Source: an uncultured virus (IMG/VR IMGVR_UViG_3300037466_003572)
Lineage: Duplodnaviria > Heunggongvirae > Uroviricota > Caudoviricetes
Length of the DNA stretch: 64,000 bases
Virus record (IMG/VR): IMGVR_UViG_3300037466_003572
Reading direction: 5' to 3' (one strand)
Below the pieces are notes generated by a model that was not told the origin of the DNA, ran no database searches, and saw only the letters and a list, made by a program, of their open reading frames with translations. Shown here one piece after another: positions 9,442-18,268 of the stretch; position 1 is the stretch's first letter, and the number at the start of each line of letters is the position of its first letter. The position numbers and the translations under genes were made by a program.

Positions 9442-10793
9442 TGAATTTTGGAGAAATGTTGATTTCCAAGATTATAGATTACAAGTCGCCTGAAATTTTA
9501 TCAAACTATAAAATTGAACGCCATCACTTTCAAACCGAAGCTGAGCGACAAGCATACGATTTCATTCTTGATTACGTCGAGCACAATAGGCAAGTTCCCG
9601 ACGCAAGAACACTGGCAGCAAATATCAGTGAAGATTTTACGTATTTACCGGATGTGACCGATTCATTTGAATATCTAGCAAGCGGACTCAAATCTTACAG
9701 CGCAAAAGTAAGAGCTGCCAAATTGATTGAAAATGAAATGGCTGCAAAATTCCAAGAACTTGATGGCGTTTCCTTTATTAAATGGATGCAAGAAGAAGCA
9801 AATAAAATAGAACAAGACACCATTGTACAAAAAAGTATTGGAAATAGCCTGTCCAGTATAAAAAATAAGTTCAAAAATGAATATGAGAATCGTAAACTAG
9901 GTAAGACGAACAAAACATTTAATACACCATTCCCGTCTCTTACTCGTGAAGTATCAGGTTGGCAAACTTCAGATATTTTCGGGATTATGGCAGAATCTGG
10001 ACGAGGGAAAACCATGCTTAGTATTGCAATTATTCATGACTTATTAAAACAAGGTGCCAATGTTTTAGTAAAATCATTCGAGGTTAAAATGTATATGTGG
10101 GTGTCTCGTCTGTTTTCTATGATTACCGCAGAAGAAGAGGCGGTATATTCCACTCGGTATAACCAGTACGCAGGACTTGAAAACCGTAAATTATTAACTG
10201 CAACGCTCAGTGAAAATGAAGAAGAAGTTTTATTTAAAATGCTAGATAAAATAGATTCATATTATCCAGGAACATTATACCTCCAGTGCAAAGGTGATGA
10301 TGATTTAACACGTACACTGGACGATTTAGATCGCGAGCTACAGCAAAATCCACAAATAGACGCCGTATTTTTGGATCCATTCTATGGACTGACGGACGTA
10401 TATTCAGGAAAAAACGCAAATAAAACAGCCGGGGGAGCAGCGGAAGCAGCTGCCAACCGGTTTGAAATTATCTGCGGCGTTCATGATGTATGCGGATTTT
10501 ATGCCGTTCAAGCAACCGTAGAAAAACAAAAGCAAGATGAATCCGGTGCGAGAGAATTGAAATTACCGAAGAGGGACCAAGTAAAAACGTCAAAGCGATT
10601 ACTTGATATCGCAACGGTACTCCTTTCGTGGGACAGCGTTGATTCTATTGCACGAATTGGAATCGAAAAAGGTCGTAATGGCGGTGAAGGATTTGAAGTA
10701 GAGTTGATTGCGCTCATGGATGTCGGTGTAATCAAAGAACCACCAAACGGAGAAGACATCTCAAAGCATATCGTAGATACCGATATCTTTTAA
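9441..10793 (+). CDS. dnaB: DnaB-like (SF4) replicative helicase
   Basis: AESGRGKT Walker A, SFEV, VFLDP, EKGRNG. Confidence 0.85.
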   Translation: MNFGEMLISKIIDYKSPEILSNYKIERHHFQTEAERQAYDFILDYVEHNRQVPDARTLAANISEDFTYLPDVTDSFEYLASGLKSYSAKVRAAKLIENEMAAKFQELDGVSFIKWMQEEANKIEQDTIVQKSIGNSLSSIKNKFKNEYENRKLGKTNKTFNTPFPSLTREVSGWQTSDIFGIMAESGRGKTMLSIAIIHDLLKQGANVLVKSFEVKMYMWVSRLFSMITAEEEAVYSTRYNQYAGLENRKLLTATLSENEEEVLFKMLDKIDSYYPGTLYLQCKGDDDLTRTLDDLDRELQQNPQIDAVFLDPFYGLTDVYSGKNANKTAGGAAEAAANRFEIICGVHDVCGFYAVQATVEKQKQDESGARELKLPKRDQVKTSKRLLDIATVLLSWDSVDSIARIGIEKGRNGGEGFEVELIALMDVGVIKEPPNGEDISKHIVDTDIF

Positions 10794-10809
10794 ACTAAAA
10801 AGGAGAAGA

Positions 10810-11265
10810 ATGATGATAAAACTTATCAGATTCGAACAGAACGAGAAAAATGATTATGTTTCGCTCTTTAAAGGAGCAGTACACCGCGGTTATCGTACAG
10901 AGATAACCGGGTGTTGGTATTACAAAGAACATGAGTTCGAGTTCACATTAAAGTACGACGAAGGATATCCAGTAAGATTTTCAGATTTTTACGGAATTCC
11001 AGATTCATTGGAAGATAATTTTGTGGAAGATTTCTCACTATTTTTAGAGAATAATACCATTGAAGTACAAATGAAAACAACGAGCATCGTCGGAAAAGAA
11101 ATCGTTGGAACGATGACAATGAAAGTTCATCCAGTAGATTTACCTATGTTTTATATTAAAAATACATTTCTTGCTAGCGATACAGAAATAGGTTATATTT
11201 TTGATTGCTTTAATGACCATATTATAAGTGAATGGAAGAAAAAAAGATTGGAGACATTAATTTGA
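10810..11265 (+). CDS. hypothetical protein
   Basis: AGGAG SD, 151 aa. Confidence 0.7.
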   Translation: MMIKLIRFEQNEKNDYVSLFKGAVHRGYRTEITGCWYYKEHEFEFTLKYDEGYPVRFSDFYGIPDSLEDNFVEDFSLFLENNTIEVQMKTTSIVGKEIVGTMTMKVHPVDLPMFYIKNTFLASDTEIGYIFDCFNDHIISEWKKKRLETLI

Positions 11266-11359
11266 AGTCATTTATCGATTTTATCGCAAATTTATTTTTC
11301 TATATGGTAGCAACACTTTTAATTGTCGCCGTTATTATGGCAGTATCAGGAGGACACGG

Positions 11360-12331
11360 ATGATTATTCGCGGAAAAGTAGCAGACGTTGATATTAAATA
11401 TGAACTAGAACAATTCGCTTGGCACAGAAGTCAATATGTTGACGGGAAATTACTCGCATGCAGTCCGTTTCGAAACGAAGCAACGCCGTCATGGTTTTGT
11501 AGAATCGAAGATTACCGTGATATTCCTGCTGGAACATGGAGCGATTCCGGAGCAACCGATCATGAATGGTCATCTGGTAGTTTCCCGAGATTACTTGCAT
11601 TCCTCAAAGGGATAACAGAAGAAGAAGCAGAAGATTATCTTCTTGAGACATACGGCAGCTTCACCGAAGGATATGATGAAATCACTTTAAAAGTACCGGA
11701 ACTTAAAATTAACAAGCGTCGTGAATATATTCCATCTTCAAAGCTCGATAGTTTTGAAAAGGATTATTCCTATTTAGTTGGTCGTGGTATCTCGGAGTCA
11801 ATCGCTGCCGATAAACAAATCTATTTTGATAAGCAAAGAAACGCGATAGCAGTGCCCTGGAGAGACGCCGCAGGAAGAATCGTTAATATGAAATACAGAC
11901 GCGTTGATTCAAAGATATTCTGGTATGAAAAGGGGTATACCCCAATTTCAAAATTAATTTATAATATTGATGAGATTTATCGCAAGAACGTACGTACGGC
12001 GATGATTACAGAAGCAGAGATCGATGCACTAACGGCATGCAGCGTCATTCCGGCAGTTGCACTCGGTGGAAGTAATTTCTCGAAAAATAAAGCGGAAATT
12101 TTAATCAAGAGCCCAATTCAACATCTTATTATTGCTACTGATAATGACGGGGTCGGACGAAAAACGGCGCTATTGATAGCGAACAGCTTGAGAGATTATA
12201 TGAAAATATCATTATTCATATTCCCACCAGGAAAAAAGGATATCAACGATCTTACGATTGACGAAATAAATAACGGGATAGAAAACGCGAAACCACTGAA
12301 GCGATTTACAAACTTTAAACGGGCGTTATAA
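11360..12331 (+). CDS. DNA primase (TOPRIM)
   Basis: ACSPFRNEATPS N-terminal domain; ITEAEIDAL, ATDNDGVG, KDIND. Confidence 0.85.
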   Translation: MIIRGKVADVDIKYELEQFAWHRSQYVDGKLLACSPFRNEATPSWFCRIEDYRDIPAGTWSDSGATDHEWSSGSFPRLLAFLKGITEEEAEDYLLETYGSFTEGYDEITLKVPELKINKRREYIPSSKLDSFEKDYSYLVGRGISESIAADKQIYFDKQRNAIAVPWRDAAGRIVNMKYRRVDSKIFWYEKGYTPISKLIYNIDEIYRKNVRTAMITEAEIDALTACSVIPAVALGGSNFSKNKAEILIKSPIQHLIIATDNDGVGRKTALLIANSLRDYMKISLFIFPPGKKDINDLTIDEINNGIENAKPLKRFTNFKRAL

Positions 12332-12368
12332 ACACGCCCAAAATATTTTTTAAAAAACTTTTCAATTC

Positions 12369-12402
12369 TTGTAAATTTTAAGCGTTTCGATTGTTATATA
12401 TA
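12369..12402 (+). promoter_or_regulatory. phage-specific promoter-like motif, copy 2
   Basis: TTGTAAATT-N9-TCGATTGTTATATATA upstream of sigma-like gene. Confidence 0.75.
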
Positions 12403-12531
12403 GTGTAAGGAAAGAAAGTTAAAAAATTGTAAAAATATTTTCAAAAAATGTTCAAAACCTATTTATTTCACTATCAAGATTTAATATAATAGATATATAG
12501 ACAAACCATCACATACTTAGGAGGAAATAAA

Positions 12532-13149
12532 TTGAAAGAAAGTAGAAAATTAGCCATGAACCATCACGCCACGGAGTACATACGCACCGGAGACGTACAA
12601 GCATTCGAAAGTTTGTACAAGGAGTTTTTAGAAGAGTACGGAAGCTGGTTCAAAAAAATCGCGCAAAATGAAGTACGAAGTTGTGACACAGCAAATGTAA
12701 GAGCACATTACGAAGACGCATTACTTTATGCACTGAAAAAACACACGCCAGAGAAAAATTTCACACACTTATTCTTATGGATGGTCAAAAAAAGAAAAAT
12801 TAATATGATTAAAAAACAAAGATTTGAAGATAAAAATACACACACAGAAATAAAAAAAGAGACCGAAGACGCACCGGAAGATCCCATCACAAATCTCCAA
12901 GAAGACTTCAATCTCGAACAACAAACACTCGATACCTTAGCCAATACCGAGCTCACACGATTTTTCTTCGATAATGCACCAGACGCCATCACTCGTCGGA
13001 TACTCGAAGAAATACCGAAACACGAAACATTAAACGGGGTAGCAAAAACAGTAGGATTACAACTTATTCAAGTTCAACGAAAACTAGAAAAGCTGCGAGC
13101 TCTTTACGCAAAAAGCACCTACAAAGATGTAATTTTTTTCGAACAATAA
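12532..13149 (+). CDS. phage RNA polymerase sigma-70-like factor
   Basis: GDVQAFESLY region-2-like start, F..LFLWMVK, C-terminal HTH TLNGVAKTVGL..IQVQRKL. Confidence 0.6.
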   Translation: MKESRKLAMNHHATEYIRTGDVQAFESLYKEFLEEYGSWFKKIAQNEVRSCDTANVRAHYEDALLYALKKHTPEKNFTHLFLWMVKKRKINMIKKQRFEDKNTHTEIKKETEDAPEDPITNLQEDFNLEQQTLDTLANTELTRFFFDNAPDAITRRILEEIPKHETLNGVAKTVGLQLIQVQRKLEKLRALYAKSTYKDVIFFEQ

Positions 13150-13258
13150 AAACTTAGGCACTGCTTTTATTATTCTATTAATAGTATAGCCAAAATATTC
13201 AGTTTTGATACAACTTTGTTGTTAAAATAGTTAACTATTGTTAACCGACTACAAACAC

Positions 13259-13287
13259 ATTTTAGCAAATATCGTGTTCGCTGTCAA
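13259..13287 (-). promoter_or_regulatory. consensus sigma-A promoter, antisense to sigma-like gene
   Basis: minus strand TTGACA-N17-TAAAAT with extended TG. Confidence 0.7.
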
Positions 13288-13324
13288 ACTGTCAATTGTT
13301 TTGGCTCTTGAGGAGACAGGAATT

Positions 13325-13696
13325 ATGAACATTAAACGAGGAGATATCTACATGGTCGACATGGGAACACAGAACAAACAAGGCAGCGAACAAACCGGAA
13401 TCAGACCATGTTGCATTATCCAAAACAATTTAGGAAACAAGAAATCACCAACGACTGTAGTTGCGCTATTAACAAGCAAAGATAAGCGCACAAGTGAAAA
13501 CAAACCGTATCCCATGCACGTACATCTAACGCCGGATGATATCATCGGTGAACTTGACGGCGATAGCATTATTTTATGCGAGCAAGTATATACCATCGAT
13601 AAATCGCGTCTTCGTCGTAAAAAAGGTTATATCGATCCTGCATCAAGTAAAATGAACGATTTAGATGACGCAATCAAAGTTTCACTCGGGCTATAA
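13325..13696 (+). CDS. mazF: second PemK/MazF-family endoribonuclease, no adjacent antitoxin
   Basis: IKRGDIY...GSEQTGIRPCCIIQNNLGNKKSPTTVVA...ILCEQVYTIDKSRL...AIKVSLGL. Confidence 0.9.
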   Translation: MNIKRGDIYMVDMGTQNKQGSEQTGIRPCCIIQNNLGNKKSPTTVVALLTSKDKRTSENKPYPMHVHLTPDDIIGELDGDSIILCEQVYTIDKSRLRRKKGYIDPASSKMNDLDDAIKVSLGL

Positions 13697-13790
13697 TTTA
13701 GCTCCGATAAAGCGGTATGAACTGGCGTGGAATTATCACGGTTCGTATTGTTTTATGGGCGCTAAACCCAATGCATACCAGTAATTACAC
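13697..13790 (+). ncRNA. structured RNA element (long G-U-rich hairpin, possible pseudoknot) in SSB leader
   Basis: TTTAGC..ATAAAGCGGTATGAAC pairs with GTTCGTATTGTTTTAT..GCTAAA using several G-U pairs. Confidence 0.55.
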
Positions 13791-13819
13791 TTTTATTTTA
13801 TGAAAGGGGAAGACAATTT

Positions 13820-14551
13820 ATGTCATTTATTAAAGCACGTGGAGAACAAGCTGCACAAGCTGCTGCAAAGGAAAAACAATCTTACGAGAAATTGCTGAAA
13901 ACTTTTAAGTCCGGTGATTCATACAAAGTACGTATCCCAGGAGCAGACGTATTTGCAATGTACGAATCTCACGGTGTATTCGCTAAAGGCGGACAAGGTA
14001 TTTACACAACACCATGCGTTCACGGAGGAGATTGCCCGTATTGTGCGGCAGTACAAAAGTATTGGGACGCTTATAACGCAGATAACACTGATGAAGATTC
14101 TAAAACAATCGCATCACAATTATCGAAAAAAGAGCGTTATTTAATCGGGTTCATCAATCTTGAGGACAAGTCACCAATTGTATTGGACTTCTCTAAAAAG
14201 CAAGCAAATGCGCTAATTAGTGTTATCAAAAAGAACGTAAAGAAAATCGATAAGTTCGCATTTGAAGTATCAAAATCAGGTACCGGTCAAGGAACAATCG
14301 TATCTCTTGATATTATCGTTGATCCTGATGAAGATTTAACCGATGCACAGCGCAAGAATTTCGAAGATAGCGCCAATATGAAATGGGAAGATGAGTTTTT
14401 CGAAGTATTACCGGTGAAAACAATTGCCGAAGGAATCGAAGATTTACGTAAATTCGGATTCGATATCAGTTTAATTTCAAGTGCTGCACCATCACAACCA
14501 GCAGCAAACGAAACAAATGAAGCATTCCAGGGTCTCGACGAATTATTTTGA
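13820..14551 (+). CDS. gp32-like single-stranded DNA-binding protein
   Basis: His plus PC..GGDCPYC zinc-site pattern, acidic/aromatic C-terminus LDELF, position in replication block. Confidence 0.65.
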   Translation: MSFIKARGEQAAQAAAKEKQSYEKLLKTFKSGDSYKVRIPGADVFAMYESHGVFAKGGQGIYTTPCVHGGDCPYCAAVQKYWDAYNADNTDEDSKTIASQLSKKERYLIGFINLEDKSPIVLDFSKKQANALISVIKKNVKKIDKFAFEVSKSGTGQGTIVSLDIIVDPDEDLTDAQRKNFEDSANMKWEDEFFEVLPVKTIAEGIEDLRKFGFDISLISSAAPSQPAANETNEAFQGLDELF

Positions 14552-14598
14552 TTCGTCGGGTTTACCCGATACCATCACAAATTTGGAGCGTGAAAATA

Positions 14599-14943
14599 TT
14601 GTTATCAGCCATCACAACCGGTCGTATTTCAGAACTTCAAGCCATCATTAATGCATTAAAAGATAATTACCATGTTTGCGAGCCTGTTACCGCATCAAGC
14701 TATGACTTACTTATATCAAAAGACGGCGTTAACTGGACACGAGCACAAACAAAAACACTTTATTACCGTCACGATAAAGAATCGTATGTATGTTTTGCGA
14801 AAAAAGGTAAGAACCAGAAATACGCAATAGATGAAGTAGACGTTTTTCTAGCGGTAAATGATGAAGACGTTTATGTAATTCCTCATAACGGAAACGGTGA
14901 ACATTGGAGTAAAAATCCGGAAACAAAATGGTCGAAATTATAA
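14599..14943 (+). CDS. free-standing PD-(D/E)XK endonuclease (PDDEXK_5-like)
   Basis: G..SEL, SYDLLI, RAQTKT, EVDVFLAV; GGAG SD. Confidence 0.7.
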   Translation: MLSAITTGRISELQAIINALKDNYHVCEPVTASSYDLLISKDGVNWTRAQTKTLYYRHDKESYVCFAKKGKNQKYAIDEVDVFLAVNDEDVYVIPHNGNGEHWSKNPETKWSKL

Positions 14944-14946
14944 GGA

Positions 14947-17133
14947 GTGAACTTCGTGGACTTAAATATTAACTTACATTTTAATCCCGAAGCAGAACGG
15001 GCAACAGCAAAGAAAAAAGCATCAGCAGCGAATGATCGTAAAATTGCATCACTCGAGACAGTTGAAGAAGCGTTTGAGCGTATTTTAAAAATGAAAAATA
15101 CCGATGCCGATAATGAGAAGATTAACGAAGTATATGTAGCACTCATTAAAGGTGAAATCAAACGCGATGCTTCAGCATTAGGTAAAAAGTTATCCAAAGC
15201 GGAAATACTCCGGATGCATAAAGAAATCGCTTTTAGCAAGCGTCATGAAAAAATAAAAGAAATGATTAAAAATAAACCTTCTAATTATATTTTAGTAAAT
15301 ACAGAAAAAGAATTAAATTTACTAAAAATAAAAATAGAAGAATCAGAAATAATCGCCATCGACTGTGAAACATTTAAAGAACCGCTAGACCCGTGGAACG
15401 GTGAAATGGCTGGATTCAGTGTTTCGACAAAGAACGGTACAGACTACCATCACTTTTATGTACCACTTCAACACGAGCAAAAAACGGAATTAACAGTAGA
15501 TGAAATATTTCATACAATTAAAATTCCGCTCGAATCAAAGCCAAACGTAATGCATAACGCACCTTTTGATGCAAAATGGTTTTTCGTTAAATATAAAATA
15601 AATTTAGTGAAAAACTTACACGCAGATACCCGTGTGCTAGGAATGGCATTAAATGAAAACGGAGACCACGGTCTTAAAGAACTTTGTGAGTTATATTTAA
15701 GAATACCTGGGGACAGTTTTCAAAAACTTTTTGGTAAAACACCATTCAATGAAGTTGATCTTGATACTGCGTTAATTTATGCAGCAGGTGATACAGAAAA
15801 GACTTTAAAGTTGTATGAATGGATGATGAATCAATTAAATCGTGATAATTTAAAAAATGTAAAACGACTTGTTTTCGAACTTGAAATGCCTGTTTGTAGA
15901 CAATTCATAAAAAGCGATTTACTTGGTATTCGTTTTGACGTGGAAGCAGCTAGAGGAATGGATAAAAAACTCGAACAAGAAGAGTTATTACTCGAAGCAG
16001 AAATTAAATCCATGCTAGGCGATATAAACATCGGTTCACCTCTTCAACTAAAGAAAGCCTTGTTTGAAGATCTTGGACTAACAAATCCGGATAATGGTTC
16101 AACTGGTGTAAAAATACTGAAAAAAATAAAAAACGAGCATCCGGTAATTGAAAAGATATTAGAAATTCGAGAAGTTTCAAAACTAAGACAAGCATTCACA
16201 CAAAAACTTCCGAAAACAGTAAAACAAGATGGAAAAGTTCATCCGTGGCACAACACTTGGGGAGCCGCAACCGGTCGTTTTACCTGTAAGGATCCTAATA
16301 CACAGCAGATTCCAGCAAAAAGACCTGAAATTCGCCAATTGTTTTTATCAGATGAAAATCGAATTCTAGTTGGAATTGATTACAGCCAAATTGAATTACG
16401 TGTACTTGCTCATTATGCAAAAGATGAAATATTAATTGATGCATTTAAAACGGGCAAAGATTTGCACTCTGCAACAGCTGCACAGGTATTCATGAGCCAC
16501 ATGCCATTTGAAGAAGCGTATGCACAAATTGAAAAGATGAAAGACGTAGACGGCACGCAAGAGCAAAAATACCGTAAAGCAAGTAAAACGGTAAACTTTG
16601 GAATCGTTTATGGAATGAGTGCATCAGGACTTGGCGATCAGCTTGGAATATCGAAAAAAGAAGCACAAGAAGTAATCGACAGCTATTTCAAAGGCTATCC
16701 AGGTATCGCAGGATTTATGGAAACAATGAAAAACTTCGCAAAGAAAAATCAGTATGTGCAAGATTTATTCTATCGTAAAAGAAGATTGCATACCGAACTT
16801 AAAAGCGGTCAAAGTGGGTTAATAGCGTCTGCACTTCGAATGGCTGGAAACTTTCCGATTCAATCAACAGCGTGTGGAATATTGAAAAAAGCAATCGTTG
16901 ATTTAAAACCGGTATTACAAGAAGTAAAAGGAAATATCATCTTGCAAATTCACGATGAACTACTATTCGATTTACCAGAAGATATTTCAAAAGAGGATTT
17001 AATGAAACTAAAAACAACCATGGAAAATACAGTAAAACTCGATGTTCCAATTCGCTGTGATGTTGAAATGTATCCAGAGAAATGGCAACTGAAAGTAAAT
17101 GAAGATAAATGGTTTCAGGAGGAACAACAATGA
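14947..17133 (+). CDS. polA: family A DNA polymerase with 3'-5' exonuclease
   Basis: DCET, HNAPFD, YAAGD exo motifs; DYSQIELR, KTVNFGIVYG, QIHDEL polymerase motifs. Confidence 0.95.
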   Translation: MNFVDLNINLHFNPEAERATAKKKASAANDRKIASLETVEEAFERILKMKNTDADNEKINEVYVALIKGEIKRDASALGKKLSKAEILRMHKEIAFSKRHEKIKEMIKNKPSNYILVNTEKELNLLKIKIEESEIIAIDCETFKEPLDPWNGEMAGFSVSTKNGTDYHHFYVPLQHEQKTELTVDEIFHTIKIPLESKPNVMHNAPFDAKWFFVKYKINLVKNLHADTRVLGMALNENGDHGLKELCELYLRIPGDSFQKLFGKTPFNEVDLDTALIYAAGDTEKTLKLYEWMMNQLNRDNLKNVKRLVFELEMPVCRQFIKSDLLGIRFDVEAARGMDKKLEQEELLLEAEIKSMLGDINIGSPLQLKKALFEDLGLTNPDNGSTGVKILKKIKNEHPVIEKILEIREVSKLRQAFTQKLPKTVKQDGKVHPWHNTWGAATGRFTCKDPNTQQIPAKRPEIRQLFLSDENRILVGIDYSQIELRVLAHYAKDEILIDAFKTGKDLHSATAAQVFMSHMPFEEAYAQIEKMKDVDGTQEQKYRKASKTVNFGIVYGMSASGLGDQLGISKKEAQEVIDSYFKGYPGIAGFMETMKNFAKKNQYVQDLFYRKRRLHTELKSGQSGLIASALRMAGNFPIQSTACGILKKAIVDLKPVLQEVKGNIILQIHDELLFDLPEDISKEDLMKLKTTMENTVKLDVPIRCDVEMYPEKWQLKVNEDKWFQEEQQ

Positions 17134-17498
17134 AGCAAACATTCGAAGCAAAGGTAACAAAAGTAGTAGACGGAGATACATTCGATGCCATCGTAACACA
17201 AACGTTTTTTGACGTAACTTTAACGAAAACAATCCGTGTGCGAATGCTCGGAATCGATGCTCCTGAATTACACGGAAATAAAAATGAAAAAGAAGCAGGT
17301 CTTAAAACAAAAAAGTGGCTTCAAGATCGCATCGAAGGAAAAACAGTTAGACTTGATATCGACAGCACAGATATGTACGACAGATATTTATCGACTGTTT
17401 TTGAAAATAATGAAAACATCAATCAAAAATTAATTGATTTGAAACTTGTAGAAGTATATTCTCCGCAAACTCATAATGACGGAATTCTTGAGGTGTAA
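17130..17498 (+). CDS. thermonuclease (SNase-like)
   Basis: KVVDGDTF, VRMLGIDAPE, DMYDRYL. Confidence 0.9.
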   Translation: MKQTFEAKVTKVVDGDTFDAIVTQTFFDVTLTKTIRVRMLGIDAPELHGNKNEKEAGLKTKKWLQDRIEGKTVRLDIDSTDMYDRYLSTVFENNENINQKLIDLKLVEVYSPQTHNDGILEV

Positions 17499-17500
17499 AT

Positions 17501-17749
17501 ATGAAACTATTAAAATTTCAAACTAAGTCTTGTAGCAAATGTAAAATGCTAGACAACTTTATTCACGAAGCAGAGTTAAGCACCCCGATTGAAGTTATTG
17601 ACGCGGAAGAAAACATTGATGCAGCAATTCATCACGAAGTCATGCAAGTTCCGACGATTATCCTAATCGACGACAACAATAATGCAATTAAACGCCATAC
17701 CGGATTATTATCACCAGACCAACTAAAAGAATTTGTGGAGGAAAATTAA
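17501..17749 (+). CDS. thioredoxin-like protein
   Basis: CSKC active site, VPT cis-Pro motif. Confidence 0.85.
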   Translation: MKLLKFQTKSCSKCKMLDNFIHEAELSTPIEVIDAEENIDAAIHHEVMQVPTIILIDDNNNAIKRHTGLLSPDQLKEFVEEN

Positions 17750-17750
17750 A

Positions 17751-18227
17751 ATGAAATTTAATCGTAAAGCCGTAACAGTAGATGCAGTTGAATTATTATA
17801 TCCAACAACTATCACCACGCCAAAAGGTGTACAACGTGCAAACAAGGGTGATTATTTGGTGAACATGAATGGAGATCAATTCTTAATCGAAAAAACAATT
17901 TTTGAATTAACGTACGATATCGCATCGGAACCGGATACGATCGCACCACTTGAAGTTAGCAATTTAACTGCAAGTAATATTACCGACACAAGCGTTACTT
18001 TTGCGTATACAACTCCTGCTGATGCGGACTTTAAACAAGTTAATGTATATCAAGACGGTGTTCTATTATCATCTCGTATTGCTACAGGAGATGCACAATA
18101 TACAATAACAGGATTAACCGCTTCTACAACTTACACATTCCTGTTTACAACGGTTGATAATGCCGGAAACGAATCAACTGGCGTGACACAATCGATTACA
18201 ACACTAGCAACACCAGTAGCGCCATAA
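17751..18227 (+). CDS. PGDYG-like N-terminal domain fused to fibronectin type III domain
   Basis: RKAVTVDA..ITTPKG...KGDYLV...IFELTYD then DTIAPLEVSNLTASNITDTSVT...YTITGLTASTTYTF..VDNAGNES. Confidence 0.7.
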   Translation: MKFNRKAVTVDAVELLYPTTITTPKGVQRANKGDYLVNMNGDQFLIEKTIFELTYDIASEPDTIAPLEVSNLTASNITDTSVTFAYTTPADADFKQVNVYQDGVLLSSRIATGDAQYTITGLTASTTYTFLFTTVDNAGNESTGVTQSITTLATPVAP

Positions 18228-18268
18228 TACGAGCCCTTCGGGGCTCCATAACTTGGAGATGATGATGA

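Noticed and set aside
14548..14943. Intron around the PD-(D/E)XK endonuclease
   Set aside because: Flanking SSB and polA look complete and no R/S core elements were seen.
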